Below, one piece after another: positions 35,834-47,000 of a stretch of 64,000 nt of DNA; the first letter of the stretch is position 1, and every line of letters starts with the position of its first letter. The stretch comes from a virus. Position numbers and translations under genes: made by a program. The stretch spans positions 10,017-74,016 of the IMG/VR virus record IMGVR_UViG_3300010403_000003, one strand, 5' to 3'. The notes beneath the pieces are model-generated. The model was not told the origin of the DNA. It searched no databases and saw only the letters and a list, made by a program, of their open reading frames with translations.

Positions 35834-36184
35834 TCAGATCAAAAGCTTGAGGATGAACGGCAATATTGTCGAGATCAGGTTTTTCCAGTCGATCCTGCCG
35901 GCCTGCATTCCCTTCTTCGGCTCGGCGCTGGCGACGACAGCTTCGAGAGCCGCCACGCACTCTTCCTTGGTGCATGTGGCCGCGGGGCCAGCCGCCGTTG
36001 CAGCATGGAACATTACGTGATCGCTCGGCAGAAATTGCCCCATGGCGTAGGACTCGGCGTTATTCCACGCTAGGCCAACCTCTCTTGCCGACACTGGCTG
36101 GCCGATCTTAACGAGTGACAGCAGGGTCTTGAAGTCCTCCAGCGGGAGGACATCGACGAATTCGGTTCTACGTTCAACGTGCAT
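35834..36184 (-). CDS. Hypothetical protein with a C-terminal hydrophobic helix
   Basis: AAGGAG RBS; IDWKNLISTILPFILKLLI. Confidence 0.65.
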   Translation of the reverse strand: MHVERRTEFVDVLPLEDFKTLLSLVKIGQPVSAREVGLAWNNAESYAMGQFLPSDHVMFHAATAAGPAATCTKEECVAALEAVVASAEPKKGMQAGRIDWKNLISTILPFILKLLI

Positions 36185-36459
36185 GACTGTCTCCTTAGAA
36201 ACGTTCTACCAGAAGAAATTAATAACCTGACTGCCGCAATGGTTGACCTTAGCGAACCAGAAATCGATCACGAGCGGGAGCCAGTAGTTTTGCGTGAGAA
36301 ACCCGAAAGCTTGGTCAGGGCGAATAACGTACCACCTGCCGAAAACTTCGATGGCAACGATCTCCCAAAAAAAGAGCCTATACAAGTGGTGGAGCATCCA
36401 TCTCATCTCCTTCGGAATAAGCCGATCAAAATGCCGAACTGGCATTAACGTCTTTGGGT

Positions 36460-36834
36460 TCAGCCACTCGGCGGACAACCCTGATAGGCCAAGGCAGAGC
36501 GTTGCAACGTCGCCAAAGGAGCGGCCGGCCTGGGTGCGGCACTTTGGACTGGAATCGTTCGCAGAATCGTCGTCGGCCGGTTCGATTGGACGTATTGAGC
36601 GGCCCCGCAATGCGGGCAATTATGCCCCGGCTGCATGGCGTGGCTCCAAACGTATGGTTCGCCATAGGTTCGGCGAAACGAGCAATTGGGGTTCGGGCAT
36701 ACGTGCGTATGGCCAGTGAAATAGCCGTGATCGAGGACTGTGCGCGTCGCGATCGGAACGGTCGCTTTGACAGCCGGCGGCGATGGTTCGCCACCAAACA
36801 CGAAAGCCAGGATCAAAGCGGTTTCGACATTCAT
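36460..36834 (-). CDS. Secreted or membrane protein with CxxxxC...CPHC
   Basis: Hydrophobic N-terminus; GAGG upstream. Confidence 0.6.
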   Translation of the reverse strand: MNVETALILAFVFGGEPSPPAVKATVPIATRTVLDHGYFTGHTHVCPNPNCSFRRTYGEPYVWSHAMQPGHNCPHCGAAQYVQSNRPTTILRTIPVQSAAPRPAAPLATLQRSALAYQGCPPSG

Positions 36835-36841
36835 GCCTGCC

Positions 36842-37807
36842 TCAGTACACGTAGTCGAGCAACTTGTCTTGCTGGGCGGGAAACCAATTCAGATGCGAAT
36901 AGAGAAAACCTTCGTTGCGTCCGCCAAGCTGATTTATCATTCGCGTCACTTCCGATTCCGGTATCCACACGCTGCACGGGGACGCTTCGCCGTTCGGGTC
37001 CGGTGGATAAACGCTGGCAGGCCAGTTGTTTTGGTAAAGATAAAGCGTCCCGTCGTTGGGATGCTCCCAGACGCCGAGAATGGATGTCGCATGGCCGCCG
37101 CGAGAATCGAACCGGCCGGCGACATAGGCGTCTTTTCCACTCCCCTTAATTGACCCGTGGCCAACGAAGAGATCGCACCCGTAATGGTACGGATAGCCGT
37201 TGACGATCCCTTGATAGATCGTTTCGGCATCATTGGCGGGAGCGACGGTCCCAATGGGATGCTCTTTGGCAACGCCGACGTATTGCTCGCTCGTCCTGCC
37301 ATCCGAGAATGACATTTCTGTGGCCGAAGACACTACGAGGCCGTCTTGATTCTGGAAGTCGGGCATTGCCGACCCTTGGTCAATAAGAACCCCCTCCGTG
37401 GCGGCTTGGCGTCCCTGTGCGGACACAATCGAGCCTTCCCCGCGTCCGCGGAAGCCGGCCAGCAATCGCCCTCTGCCGTAATTGAATAGCCAATACGGCA
37501 AGAATACTTTCGTCGCCCCTTCGGTGAGTTTTCGCTGAATACAGACGAGCGTAAAACACGAATTGCCGAAGGATGCGCCGACGCAACTCCCGGTGAGTTG
37601 ATGGAACCGAGCGAACGTAAAGCCAAGTTCTTGGACAATGAGCGGGTCGCGCCACAGCGCGGAAAGAATCAGCTTTTCGCCTTTGCCGAGCCTCTTGAAC
37701 GGCTCCGACATCGCGAATTGCGGCATTTGAGCGAGAGCCGCCTCATGGGCCAATTCTTGCTCTTTGGTTCGATCAGCGGGACTCACCCACCCAGTTGGAT
37801 AATTCAT
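36842..37807 (-). CDS. Papain-like (C1) cysteine peptidase
   Basis: Q..GSCVG (Cys), GGHA...LG (His), QNNW (Asn). Confidence 0.8.
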   Translation of the reverse strand: MNYPTGWVSPADRTKEQELAHEAALAQMPQFAMSEPFKRLGKGEKLILSALWRDPLIVQELGFTFARFHQLTGSCVGASFGNSCFTLVCIQRKLTEGATKVFLPYWLFNYGRGRLLAGFRGRGEGSIVSAQGRQAATEGVLIDQGSAMPDFQNQDGLVVSSATEMSFSDGRTSEQYVGVAKEHPIGTVAPANDAETIYQGIVNGYPYHYGCDLFVGHGSIKGSGKDAYVAGRFDSRGGHATSILGVWEHPNDGTLYLYQNNWPASVYPPDPNGEASPCSVWIPESEVTRMINQLGGRNEGFLYSHLNWFPAQQDKLLDYVY

Positions 37808-38535
37808 TTAAGCCCCCTTAACGCCAGTGCGACGTAACCGTGCTCTGACGCGACTTTGGCGAAGTAAGCGTCATTCGCGGGCGTATTGGCTTCACGTGGC
37901 AAAACAGTCTGTAGGTAATTGCCGACCGATTTGCGGATGCCGGGAATAGCCGCGGCCCCGATGGCCAAATCCGTCGCCTGTTTCGTGAGCGTGACAAAAT
38001 CCCCGGCCGTCTTGACTCGTCCGCCCGCCTTGGCGGCGGCGACTGAGCCTTCAAGGATGTCGGCGAATTTGAGGACATTTGTCGCTTTCGCTTGGTCGGC
38101 CTCAACATCGTAGGCGACTTGCAAAACTTTTTGCAACGGCGACGGCGTCGGTGGAGGAGGCGGCGGCGGACTGACGCCCCCAACCAGTAGCGTGAACGTG
38201 TCAAAATCTTCCGTGATATCCAGCGTCTTTTTGTCGAGAACCGCCCAATCCGCCGAGATTTTCAACTCACCTTTCGGGGCGGCCGTGATCTCGATCAGCC
38301 GGCCCTTGCGCGTCCATGTTACGCCTGCCGGCACGGTCCACGAGGGCCGGATTGCCCCGACTGGCGCTTCGAGCGTAAAGGGGAATTCCTTGAGCGAAAG
38401 GCGGTCATCCCAGACGCGGACGATCCGTTCGACTTTGATAATCTCCGTCTTACCCTTGAATTCGAGCTTACTGGCCTCTTGCCCCCACGCCGGCGCGGCG
38501 AGCACGATCAACAGAAGGATTGCGAATCGTTTCAT
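37804..38535 (-). CDS. Secreted protein with a poly-Pro linker
   Basis: Signal peptide MKRFAILLLIVLAAPAWG; coupled to the peptidase. Confidence 0.75.
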   Translation of the reverse strand: MKRFAILLLIVLAAPAWGQEASKLEFKGKTEIIKVERIVRVWDDRLSLKEFPFTLEAPVGAIRPSWTVPAGVTWTRKGRLIEITAAPKGELKISADWAVLDKKTLDITEDFDTFTLLVGGVSPPPPPPPTPSPLQKVLQVAYDVEADQAKATNVLKFADILEGSVAAAKAGGRVKTAGDFVTLTKQATDLAIGAAAIPGIRKSVGNYLQTVLPREANTPANDAYFAKVASEHGYVALALRGLK

Positions 38536-38538
38536 TTT

Positions 38539-38936
38539 CTACACCTTGACCGATGGCGGAATCCGCACATGGAGAATCAAGTCATCATGCGGCGCGATGG
38601 CGTTTATCTCGACGCTTTGCAACAGCCACGGGGCTGGTTCGCTTGCGGAGATGAGGCGAAAAGCGGCGAATCCCCACCACGCCAGCGCGGCCACGGACGG
38701 GACGGCTAGGGCGATAATGACGACGATTGCGATGGCGTCGAAATCGGTCATCGTTAGTTCCATTGCTCCTCGTCGCCGTTGTATCCGACTACGATAACTT
38801 CGCTGAACCGTGCCGAAGCCTCCAATATCCTCTTAATCTCCTCGGCGGCGGCTACCGAAGTCAGGCCGCTAGCCTCTGTTCTCCAGTCTGGGGCGTGTTC
38901 GTCATCAGACTTGTTGGCTTCCACTCGGTATGGCAT
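38539..38936 (-). other. Two small genes (38539-38763 with a TM segment; 38754-38936)
   Basis: Overlapping ORFs. Confidence 0.45.
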
Positions 38937-39517
38937 TATCTCGATTCCCCCCGCACCTGCGTCCGCTCCCCGTTGTTCGCCCGGACCAATTCGAGGATCG
39001 TCCCCACCTTGGAATCGACTTCCCCTAACTTCGTTTCGACGTTGGCAATGCGATGCCCGTGCTCCTCGACCGTTTTCCCGATCTGATCGCTGACGCCCAT
39101 CGCGTAGCCGGATTTCGACGCTTCTTGAAGCCGCTGCGTCAAGTAGCCGTTGACAAACTCCTTGAGCTGGCGAACATCAACCGAGAGGTTTTCGATGGCG
39201 GTCGTCGTCGTCCCTGCCGTAATTTTCGCATCCATCGCGGTTTCTTTGGCGTCCTTCGCGGCTACCTTGGCGATGCTTGCCGCGGCCTGGGCCGTGCTCG
39301 CTTGGTTCCTGGTCGCTGAATCGACTTTGTCGGCGGTCTCCTTAATCTTGTCGGCCGTCTCAGTAACGACTTTTACCGAGGTCACGGCGGCGATTCGGCT
39401 CGCTTCTGTTTTTTCGGTGTTGTCGGCGATGCTCCACATTTGTCGTTTATGCAAGAGCCACGCTGCGAAAATGATCGGGGCGGCAGTCCAAAAGCCCTGC
39501 CAGAATGAATCGGACAT
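38936..39517 (-). CDS. N-terminal TM plus coiled-coil protein
   Basis: FWTAAPIIFAAWLL followed by a helical region. Confidence 0.7.
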   Translation of the reverse strand: MSDSFWQGFWTAAPIIFAAWLLHKRQMWSIADNTEKTEASRIAAVTSVKVVTETADKIKETADKVDSATRNQASTAQAAASIAKVAAKDAKETAMDAKITAGTTTTAIENLSVDVRQLKEFVNGYLTQRLQEASKSGYAMGVSDQIGKTVEEHGHRIANVETKLGEVDSKVGTILELVRANNGERTQVRGESR

Positions 39518-39578
39518 TGTCTCAATCTCCGTCAGGTCCGGTTTTCCTCTGAATCTGGTAATCTTTACGGTTAAAAAC

Positions 39579-40232
39579 TCAATGTCTTACAACGATTGCG
39601 ACCACAATGGCGGTCAGGGCGACTAGAAAAGCCAATCCAGAGAAAGCGATCGAGACACCGGCCGGGTTCCGCCCCTCAAGACGGGTCAGTCGCTCTTTTA
39701 TGTCTCCGATCTGCTCTCCGACATTACTGATCCCCTGCCGAAGCAAATCCGCAATCTGTTGAATCTGCTTCGTGGTCGTGGCCTCGCTCTTGTCGGTCGC
39801 GGCCCCGAACGCTTCCTGTTGTTTGCCGACCGCTTTTTCCGCCGCTTGCAAGGCCGCGTCCACGGCAACTTTCGTATCCTTTGCATTCTGTTCGCTTCTC
39901 GTATCGCGCTCCTTGAACTGCGTTTGAATGCTGGCGAACTTCTCCTCGTGGACTTCGCGGAGCGCTTTTATTTTCTCGTCCGTGCTGATAACCATGTGCT
40001 CGGCGGCGATCCTGACGAGGCCGATCGCGATGTCCATTCCGTTGAAGCGCGTTTCAAGGTTCTTTATCCCCAGATGGATAACGTCCTTGAGCGCCTCATT
40101 CTTCGCATCAAAAAACTCGCGGACGCCAGCGATTTCGCGCTGGGTCATCTGGGTTGTCAAGACGGTCGGATCGACCATATTCGACATCGTCGGCGTCAAT
40201 CCGGGTGGCGTTGCTACTTTCTGGTCAGGCAC
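39579..40232 (-). CDS. Coiled-coil protein with a C-terminal TM segment
   Basis: AVDAALQAAEKAV; hydrophobic C-terminus. Confidence 0.75.
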   Translation of the reverse strand: MPDQKVATPPGLTPTMSNMVDPTVLTTQMTQREIAGVREFFDAKNEALKDVIHLGIKNLETRFNGMDIAIGLVRIAAEHMVISTDEKIKALREVHEEKFASIQTQFKERDTRSEQNAKDTKVAVDAALQAAEKAVGKQQEAFGAATDKSEATTTKQIQQIADLLRQGISNVGEQIGDIKERLTRLEGRNPAGVSIAFSGLAFLVALTAIVVAIVVRH

Positions 40233-40241
40233 GGCTCGCCC

Positions 40242-40535
40242 TCAATGAAACGGCGTCGGCGGGCTTTGCTTTTCTTCGACCGCCGCCCGCCGCCCGGCCG
40301 CGAACGCCGCGAGACGATCGGCTTCCTTCAAAATCGCTTCCATCTCGTCCGGGCTTTTCTCGATCACAGCGCCCAAAACTTGCTTGACCGCGCCCAGTTC
40401 GCCCTTGTTGGCGTCGGCCTGCACTTTGGCCTTGGCCGCATAGAAGATCGCATAGCCCCCGAATATCGCGCCGATGATGCCAGCGATCGCACCGCCTATT
40501 GCCGTTACGAGGACTGCCACGTCTTTCAGGTCCAC
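40242..40535 (-). CDS. Single-TM protein (holin-like)
   Basis: N-terminal hydrophobic segment. Confidence 0.6.
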   Translation of the reverse strand: MDLKDVAVLVTAIGGAIAGIIGAIFGGYAIFYAAKAKVQADANKGELGAVKQVLGAVIEKSPDEMEAILKEADRLAAFAAGRRAAVEEKQSPPTPFH

Positions 40536-40544
40536 GGACGGCCC

Positions 40545-40912
40545 TCACACATTTGGGTGATTGCCAGCCGCTTTTATCACAGTTTTCAGGTCGTCGGTTT
40601 GCTTTTCGATGGCCATTTTGATGCTTTCCGTTCGCACATCGAACGCGGCGCGATCTTTTTCCTGAGATTTATCGTGTTGGTCCTGCATATAGCGGACCTC
40701 CTCTTTCTGCGAACCAACAACCTCTTTGAGCGACTCTTTCTGCGTCAGAATGACATCGCTCAAAGCGCTTGTGAACTTGGTCGCGAGTTCTTGGCGGCGT
40801 TCGGCGTCTTCTTTGCGCTCCGCACAGCCCCAAGTAGTCCCGCGCCGACCCAGCCCGCGCCGCCGCTCAAAGACTCCACGGCCTGCGCGAGAATGATGGC
40901 GCTCAAGAGCAT
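40545..40912 (-). pseudogene. Membrane plus coiled-coil gene with an apparent frame break near 40820
   Basis: ATG 40912 gives MLLSAIILAQAVESLSGGAGWVGAGLLGAV and soon stops; the coiled coil ERKEDAERRQE... is in another frame. Confidence 0.45.
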
Positions 40913-40975
40913 CGTCGCCCTCCGTCAGCGGCGGCGTGGCCATTTGGTAGGCCACTCGCCGCGAATCTTGCGTTC

Positions 40976-41236
40976 TTAAGCAGTCGGCGGCGCGGGCGGG
41001 GGCGTCAGCGCGTCGAGGGCCTCGATCTTGGTCCCGGCCGCGTTGCCGCGCGCCTCGATCTGGTCGAGCAACGCTTGGTCTTCGGGGGTCAGTTGTCCCT
41101 GAGTCGCCTGCAATTGGGCGATGAGTTCGTTCAGTTTGGTGATGTCGCCAGAGACGCCATCGATGCCCTTGTCGATTTTGTCCAAGTAGGCTGTCGTCTG
41201 GTCGAAATGTTTCTGGACTGCGGGGGAAACTGCCAT
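40976..41236 (-). CDS. Small coiled-coil protein
   Basis: AAGGAG RBS; LTPEDQALLDQI. Confidence 0.7.
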   Translation of the reverse strand: MAVSPAVQKHFDQTTAYLDKIDKGIDGVSGDITKLNELIAQLQATQGQLTPEDQALLDQIEARGNAAGTKIEALDALTPPPAPPTA

Positions 41237-41272
41237 GGCAACAACTCCTTAAGTGGAAACAAAACAAGCGGT

Positions 41273-41470
41273 TCATTGGGCCGGGTTCTTGTCGTCGAGC
41301 GCCTTGAGCCGCGCCGCGCTCCGCTTCAATCGCGATTCGAGATGGGTCAAAAGGATGATGTCGTCCGCGGAAACGCCTTGCTCCATGTGGATATGGACCG
41401 GCCCGGTTATGGTAAGGCGATGCTCGTAGCCTTGGAAAATCTTCGGCATTCGCTCGGCTTCGTCGTGCAT
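41273..41470 (-). CDS. Hypothetical protein
   Basis: VHIH motif; GAGG upstream. Confidence 0.5.
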   Translation of the reverse strand: MHDEAERMPKIFQGYEHRLTITGPVHIHMEQGVSADDIILLTHLESRLKRSAARLKALDDKNPAQ

Positions 41471-42042
41471 GTTGGGCCTCGCTCGCTTGATTCTAGCCGC
41501 TTATCGCTCTCGTGTCTATGAACGTCTACGAAAGAGCGTTCAGGCATTATTTTCTGACGTTTTGTACACATCTCTGCATCTTTCTGCGCCGCAATTCCCT
41601 CATCGCCGCTTGCTGCAAATCCAGCGGCCGAAACCCGGAGCGCCAAGTCAGTTCGCAAATCGCTATCAGGGCATCGGCAAGGTCATTCAATGTCGCGGGC
41701 TGTTTGTCCAGATGCCGCTCCCCATGTAAATCGCGTCCTAGGTATTTCGCCGCGGCATAGATCGCCCAAAACTCCGGTATCGCCATCGAATTATTTTCGC
41801 TGCCGAACATCCGGTTTTCTCGATTCGTCTCGGGGACGGGATTTCGCGGCGTGTTTTTGTTCGGTGGCATCTGATCGCCCCATTCGTTCAAACGCCCCCG
41901 ACCGATTGAAGGTCAGCGATTGGCGTGGTGATGACGAACGAAATATCCGCGACCGGCGTGACGCCGATGTGGGACGTATTCACCGGCCCGCTACCGCCGC
42001 CACCCCCCGAACTCGTCAGTAGCAACAAGAGCATAAATCACC

Positions 42043-42690
42043 TCACGAACACAAATTCATCATCGGGCACCAATCGACGGTTGCCCCGCCCGCGGCTCCG
42101 TTGCCGCCAGCCTGATCGGTACTAGTGCCAGCCCGAGCGCCAGAGCCGCCGCCGCCGAACGTGGCCCCGGTCCCGCCTGCCACATTGCCCGACGTCTTGC
42201 CCGCCGCCCCATTGCCGCCAGGGGAGGCCGCCGTCCCGCCCGTGGTCCCGCTCGCGTTGCCGCCACCCCCGCCACCGCCGCCGCCAGAATTGCCAACGTC
42301 CACGGCGTTCGCCCCGTTGCCCCCGGCCGTCACCGTGTCGCCGACGCCCCCCGTGGTCGAGCCAGTCGCCCCGGTCCCGGTTGTCGTCGTCGTTGCTCCT
42401 CCGATGCCGCCTTTTGCGACGACATCGGTGGAATTGAACGTCGTGTCGTTGCCGTTGACAGTCGCGGTTGTCGAGCCTGTTGCCGCCCCGCCAATGACGA
42501 CGTTATAACTCGTGCCCGGCACGAGGTTCCGGATAGATTGCGCCTTTTGGCCACCCGACCCGCCGCCGCCCGCCGATCCGGTTCCGGTAGCGCCGCCACC
42601 GCAACCGCCGCCGCCCCAAAGGATCACGCGGTTGCTGCGTACCTTGGCCACCAAGGCTGTCGTTCCAGAGGTATAGGTAATGACGCCCAT
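42043..42690 (-). CDS. Glycine-rich virion/tail protein
   Basis: WGGGGCGGG...GGGGSG...GGNGAAG. Confidence 0.8.
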   Translation of the reverse strand: MGVITYTSGTTALVAKVRSNRVILWGGGGCGGGATGTGSAGGGGSGGQKAQSIRNLVPGTSYNVVIGGAATGSTTATVNGNDTTFNSTDVVAKGGIGGATTTTTGTGATGSTTGGVGDTVTAGGNGANAVDVGNSGGGGGGGGGNASGTTGGTAASPGGNGAAGKTSGNVAGGTGATFGGGGSGARAGTSTDQAGGNGAAGGATVDWCPMMNLCS

Positions 42691-43994
42691 TACGATGGCA
42701 CCAAAAAATACGTAATCACCACCTGTAGGCCATTTCCCGTAGCATTCCCCGTCGTCGTAATCCGCAAATCTTCCGCGTCCGCGCCAACTCCTAAGATGCC
42801 AGACCCGTCGCCAACGGTCGCTTGTCCGCCAGCTGGAAAACCGCCGTGAGCGAACAGCACCCCGGTCGTCGTCGGCGTGTTGGCCGCTCCGAAGCCTATC
42901 AGCACCGTCGGAAACACCGTCGAGGCATTGTCGAGCGAGACGCTGATTCGCGTGACTACGATTTTGTTCGGAGTCGTTACCGTGACGATAGCTATATCGG
43001 TGACTGCCGTGGTGATGGTCGTGTGCTTAACCGTGATGACGCCGGGGTCGCCGCCAATTACGAACGGAACCCGCGTCCGGGTCGCGACAGGATTGACCGC
43101 CGCGTCTACGGCTGCGGAATCCGGTGCTGCCCCGCAGACGACGCTGTGCAAGCCGATCGTGTGGACCTTGCTTGAAGCTACGGTAAATGCGGCCTCGTCG
43201 GCGAAAACCGCATCGTCGATCAGTTGCAGCGACGTCAGCGCGGCCCCGTCCACCTGCACGGCGAACGTCCCGGCGTTGGTGACAGCGTGCGAACCGACCG
43301 TGACCGTGTTGGTAATCGGGATGCCCGTGGCCGCGATGAACCGCAACTTGGCGGAAATACTCCCCGTCGCTGAGGCCGCATCCGCGTTCGCTCCGAATGG
43401 GTCCGCGGGCACGGTGAGGACATCGACGTCGCCGATATTGTTGGTGCCGGCCGGGATGGCGCTAGTGATTGGGATTCCGGTCGCGGCGATGAATCGGAGC
43501 TTCGCCGAAATCGAGCCAGTGGCAGACGCAGCGTCCGCGTTGACGCCGAAGGGATCGGCCGGAACAGTGAGAACGTCAACGTCGCCGATGTTATTGGTCC
43601 CCGCTGCGATACTCGTGACCTGCACGGCGAACGTTCCGGAGTTGGTCACGGCCTGTGAAGGCGGGGCCTGAACGCTTGCGGATATTTGCTTAAGAACGGA
43701 CATCGCCGAAATCGCCGTTGTATCTGTCGCCGTATTCTTCGCGTCGGCCTTGGCCCCGAACGTCACATCTGCCCCGTCTGCCACGGTGCAAGCCGCTTGC
43801 GTGGCAAACGTTCCCGCGTTCGTGACGTTCCATGTTCCTTGCTGAGCCACGGGCAGCCCATTCGACGACGAAGCGAGCGTTACCGAGTCAAGGACGCCGA
43901 AGCCGACCTTGATAATCTGGTAGTGGACGCCGCCGATGTCGTCCGAGGCGATTGTGGTGCCTGAGCCGGCCGTGATTGCTACATTATCCGCCAT
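42690..43994 (-). CDS. Tail-associated protein with a tandem 51-aa repeat
   Basis: AGTNNIGDVDVLTVPADPFG...KLRFIAATGIPIT twice (43311-43451, 43464-43604). Confidence 0.8.
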   Translation of the reverse strand: MADNVAITAGSGTTIASDDIGGVHYQIIKVGFGVLDSVTLASSSNGLPVAQQGTWNVTNAGTFATQAACTVADGADVTFGAKADAKNTATDTTAISAMSVLKQISASVQAPPSQAVTNSGTFAVQVTSIAAGTNNIGDVDVLTVPADPFGVNADAASATGSISAKLRFIAATGIPITSAIPAGTNNIGDVDVLTVPADPFGANADAASATGSISAKLRFIAATGIPITNTVTVGSHAVTNAGTFAVQVDGAALTSLQLIDDAVFADEAAFTVASSKVHTIGLHSVVCGAAPDSAAVDAAVNPVATRTRVPFVIGGDPGVITVKHTTITTAVTDIAIVTVTTPNKIVVTRISVSLDNASTVFPTVLIGFGAANTPTTTGVLFAHGGFPAGGQATVGDGSGILGVGADAEDLRITTTGNATGNGLQVVITYFLVPS

Positions 43995-44001
43995 TTGTCA
44001 C

Positions 44002-47000
44002 CTACGCATGTACTGAGTAAGTTCGTTCGGGCGCGAAGTAAATACGGTCCGCATGAGAAGCCTTGCCGAGAACCTGGATAACCTCCCCTGTCCCGCTCGG
44101 CGCGGTCTGCGTGATCGTCCCCGTCGTCGAGAGGTAGAGCAGTCCGCCGACCGTCCAGGCCCACGCATCGTTGCGCGCCCAGCCCCGCATCAGGAATATC
44201 CCGGCCTCGTCTCCCGCAATCGTCGCCGCGGCCATCGCGTCCGCCGGATAGGTACTACTGCCGTTCGCGTCCGCTTTCCACATCTTGCCGTCGGATTTGA
44301 TGTAGACGGGATCGCCAAACGCAAGAAGTTCGCCAGCCGTCAACATCGCCGTTTCGCCGCTGACCGCCAGATCGGTCGAAGGCGACGCCTGGAAAAAGCC
44401 GTGCGTGACCCAACTTGTCACGCCGTTACCGTCTGTCCGCAAAAACTGATCGGCATTGCCGTCATTCGTCGGCAGCGTCAGCGTCCACGAACCGGCAGCG
44501 GCGGCGGGCTGAATTTGGACGTAGCCAGACATGTTCCCGTAGAGCTTAAGGACGCCCAGCAAAGTCGCATTAAAGCCTACGCTGAGGATTCCCGTCCCTG
44601 ACATCCGCATCAATTCGACGGACGTTGTCGAACTTGTCGCCGCGTACCAAACGTGATCCGACGTCGTTGCCCCCACCTGATAGCGCATCGCGTTCGTGTT
44701 GACGCCAAAACCATAGAACTCATGATCGTTGCTCGATATGACGACCGTGATGACTCGATTGATATTGCTCACATTGTTTGACAGCAGTTGCCGCGAGTCG
44801 TTTATCGTCCAGGCGACGTTGTTGCCAACATTGAGCGTGAGCGCCTGGCCGGCAGAGGCGTTAAGCAGCGTCGCACCGGCACCGGTCTGTATGACCGCGT
44901 AATTCGTCGATACTGTCGTCTGGTCCAGGTTGGCATTGCCCAGGAGCAGCATGGAGGGGTCGAGTGCGAACGAGCCGACGAGTGCCTTGCCGATCCGGGT
45001 CTGCCCGATCGCCGCATTGAATGTCCAATTCGACGCCGTCGTCTTCGCGCCTTGAATGCCTGTCGCGCTTGTAAAAAAGCACGGAAAGCACGTCGCGTCG
45101 CCGGATTCATCAACAACGTTGCCCGCACCGTTCGCCACCACATACGCCGTCGTCGCAATCAGCGTCGAATTGTTCCCAAGCGCCTGCGTCGGTGCCATCG
45201 GCTCGCCGGCGTTATTCCCTTGCGAGTCGTAGTTGCCGGCGAAATTTACGACTGTGTGGCCTGAGTCTCTATTCAGGTTCGCCGGCCCCCAGGTCGCCCC
45301 ATGTGCGGAAATCGCCGCCTTGCGGTGATTCACGTTCGAGCCGTCGCCCCAATCGATGACGGCCCCATACAGTCCGCCGATGATAGTGATGGTCCCCTTT
45401 CCCTGAAAGTCGAGCGACTTGGTCAATCCGGACGTGTGTTCCTCGCAATTTTCGAGCAAGATGTATGCGGCTATCCCGCTGTCCTGTTCGATCCACTTCA
45501 TCCCAACGTCATCCGCGTCCCAGTGCGTACAGTCACGAAGTGTCACCACCGTTTCAAAAATACACTCCGCGCTTATTTTGATGTGGGCATCGACGCCGAT
45601 GTCGCCGGTACTGCTCTCGAAAATGCAGCCGTCGAAAACCCAGCTATTGCCGGGATTGACGACGCTGTAGTCGCAGATGCCCTGGAAAAGGCAGTCCTGA
45701 AACCTAGCGGTATTGGCCCAGGTCTCGACGCCGGTGCCGGAAAATCCAAGGATATAAGTGTGGAACCCTTGCCAGCCGCACGACTCGAAGACGATCGCGA
45801 TCGCACGGCCCAAATCGAAACAGCGGGTCGCTGCGGTGATCATCTCGACGGTGCTGAGCCGGTACGAGAAGTGGCATCGTATAAATGACGCCTTGACAGC
45901 GCGCCGAGCGTCGATCATCGTGCCGGTGTAGCTATCTGACGTGTATATCCACGCGATATCGGTCGCAACAAACCCGTAATAACTTAGGTTGTCGTTGTTG
46001 CTATTGAGCGTCATCGCGATCGTGTTGCCGACGCCCTCCCAGAGCAATCGCGTATAGCCGGTCCCGGTCAGTGGTGGATACCAGTTGTAGCCGGCCGCGC
46101 CTTCAAAAAATATGCCGTCGTGGAGGCAACTAAGTGTAGTGCTGTAGGGATAATTGAAAGGTCCGAATATGAAATGGCGGGTTCCCGCTGCGATAGCCGT
46201 GTTGAGGATCGGCCCCCAGTCGGTAACGGCGCGGGGATCGTCTGACAGCGAATCGACGCTGGTGAAAACGCCACCGCCGCCAGCATCCGCCCAGGTTGTA
46301 ACGCCGCTGCCGTTCGTTTGAAGGAATTGACTTGGCGATCCGTCAGTTGTCGGAAGCGTGAGCGTCCATGTACCGGCCGAGACTATCGTGGTGGTTCCTA
46401 TGACCAAGCCAGGAACCGTCAAAACCCCCGTGGCTGCGTTTGCCGTGCATCCGTTAATCGTCGCTGGCGACTGCGGCCCGGTCTGCGTGTTCGCGAACAA
46501 CGACCAGACGGTTGTATCCGCTCCCGCGTCGATGACGCTGACCGTGGCCGCGTTGCCGCTGATGTTCGTCTGATCGCCGGTGTTGACGCCTTGAATCGAG
46601 GATATGCCCGTAACAGTAAGCGTTGGCGATGCCGAACCGGAGAAAACGACGCCGTTCACAGACGTCGGCGTAATCGCGTCGAGAGACAGAGAAATTTCTG
46701 GCGCTGTCGTTGGGAAAAGAACCGTGCCGCTGATTCCGTTCGCGGGCGTGATAGAAACGGATGTCACACTCCCGGTGCCCGTGCTTCCGTCCGTTATTCC
46801 GTATCCGGCCAAAGTCGTCGGCGTGTCCGTGATTCTTCGCCACGGCACAAGACTGCTCGCGGGATCAACGATACCGCCAGCGCCGCCCGGCGCGACATTG
46901 ACGATAACAAACGGCCCGTAGCTAATCGGCACATTACTGCCGACGACGACCAGCCGATACCGATGGACGCCGAGAGCAAAGTCCGCCGTCTCCGTCGTCG

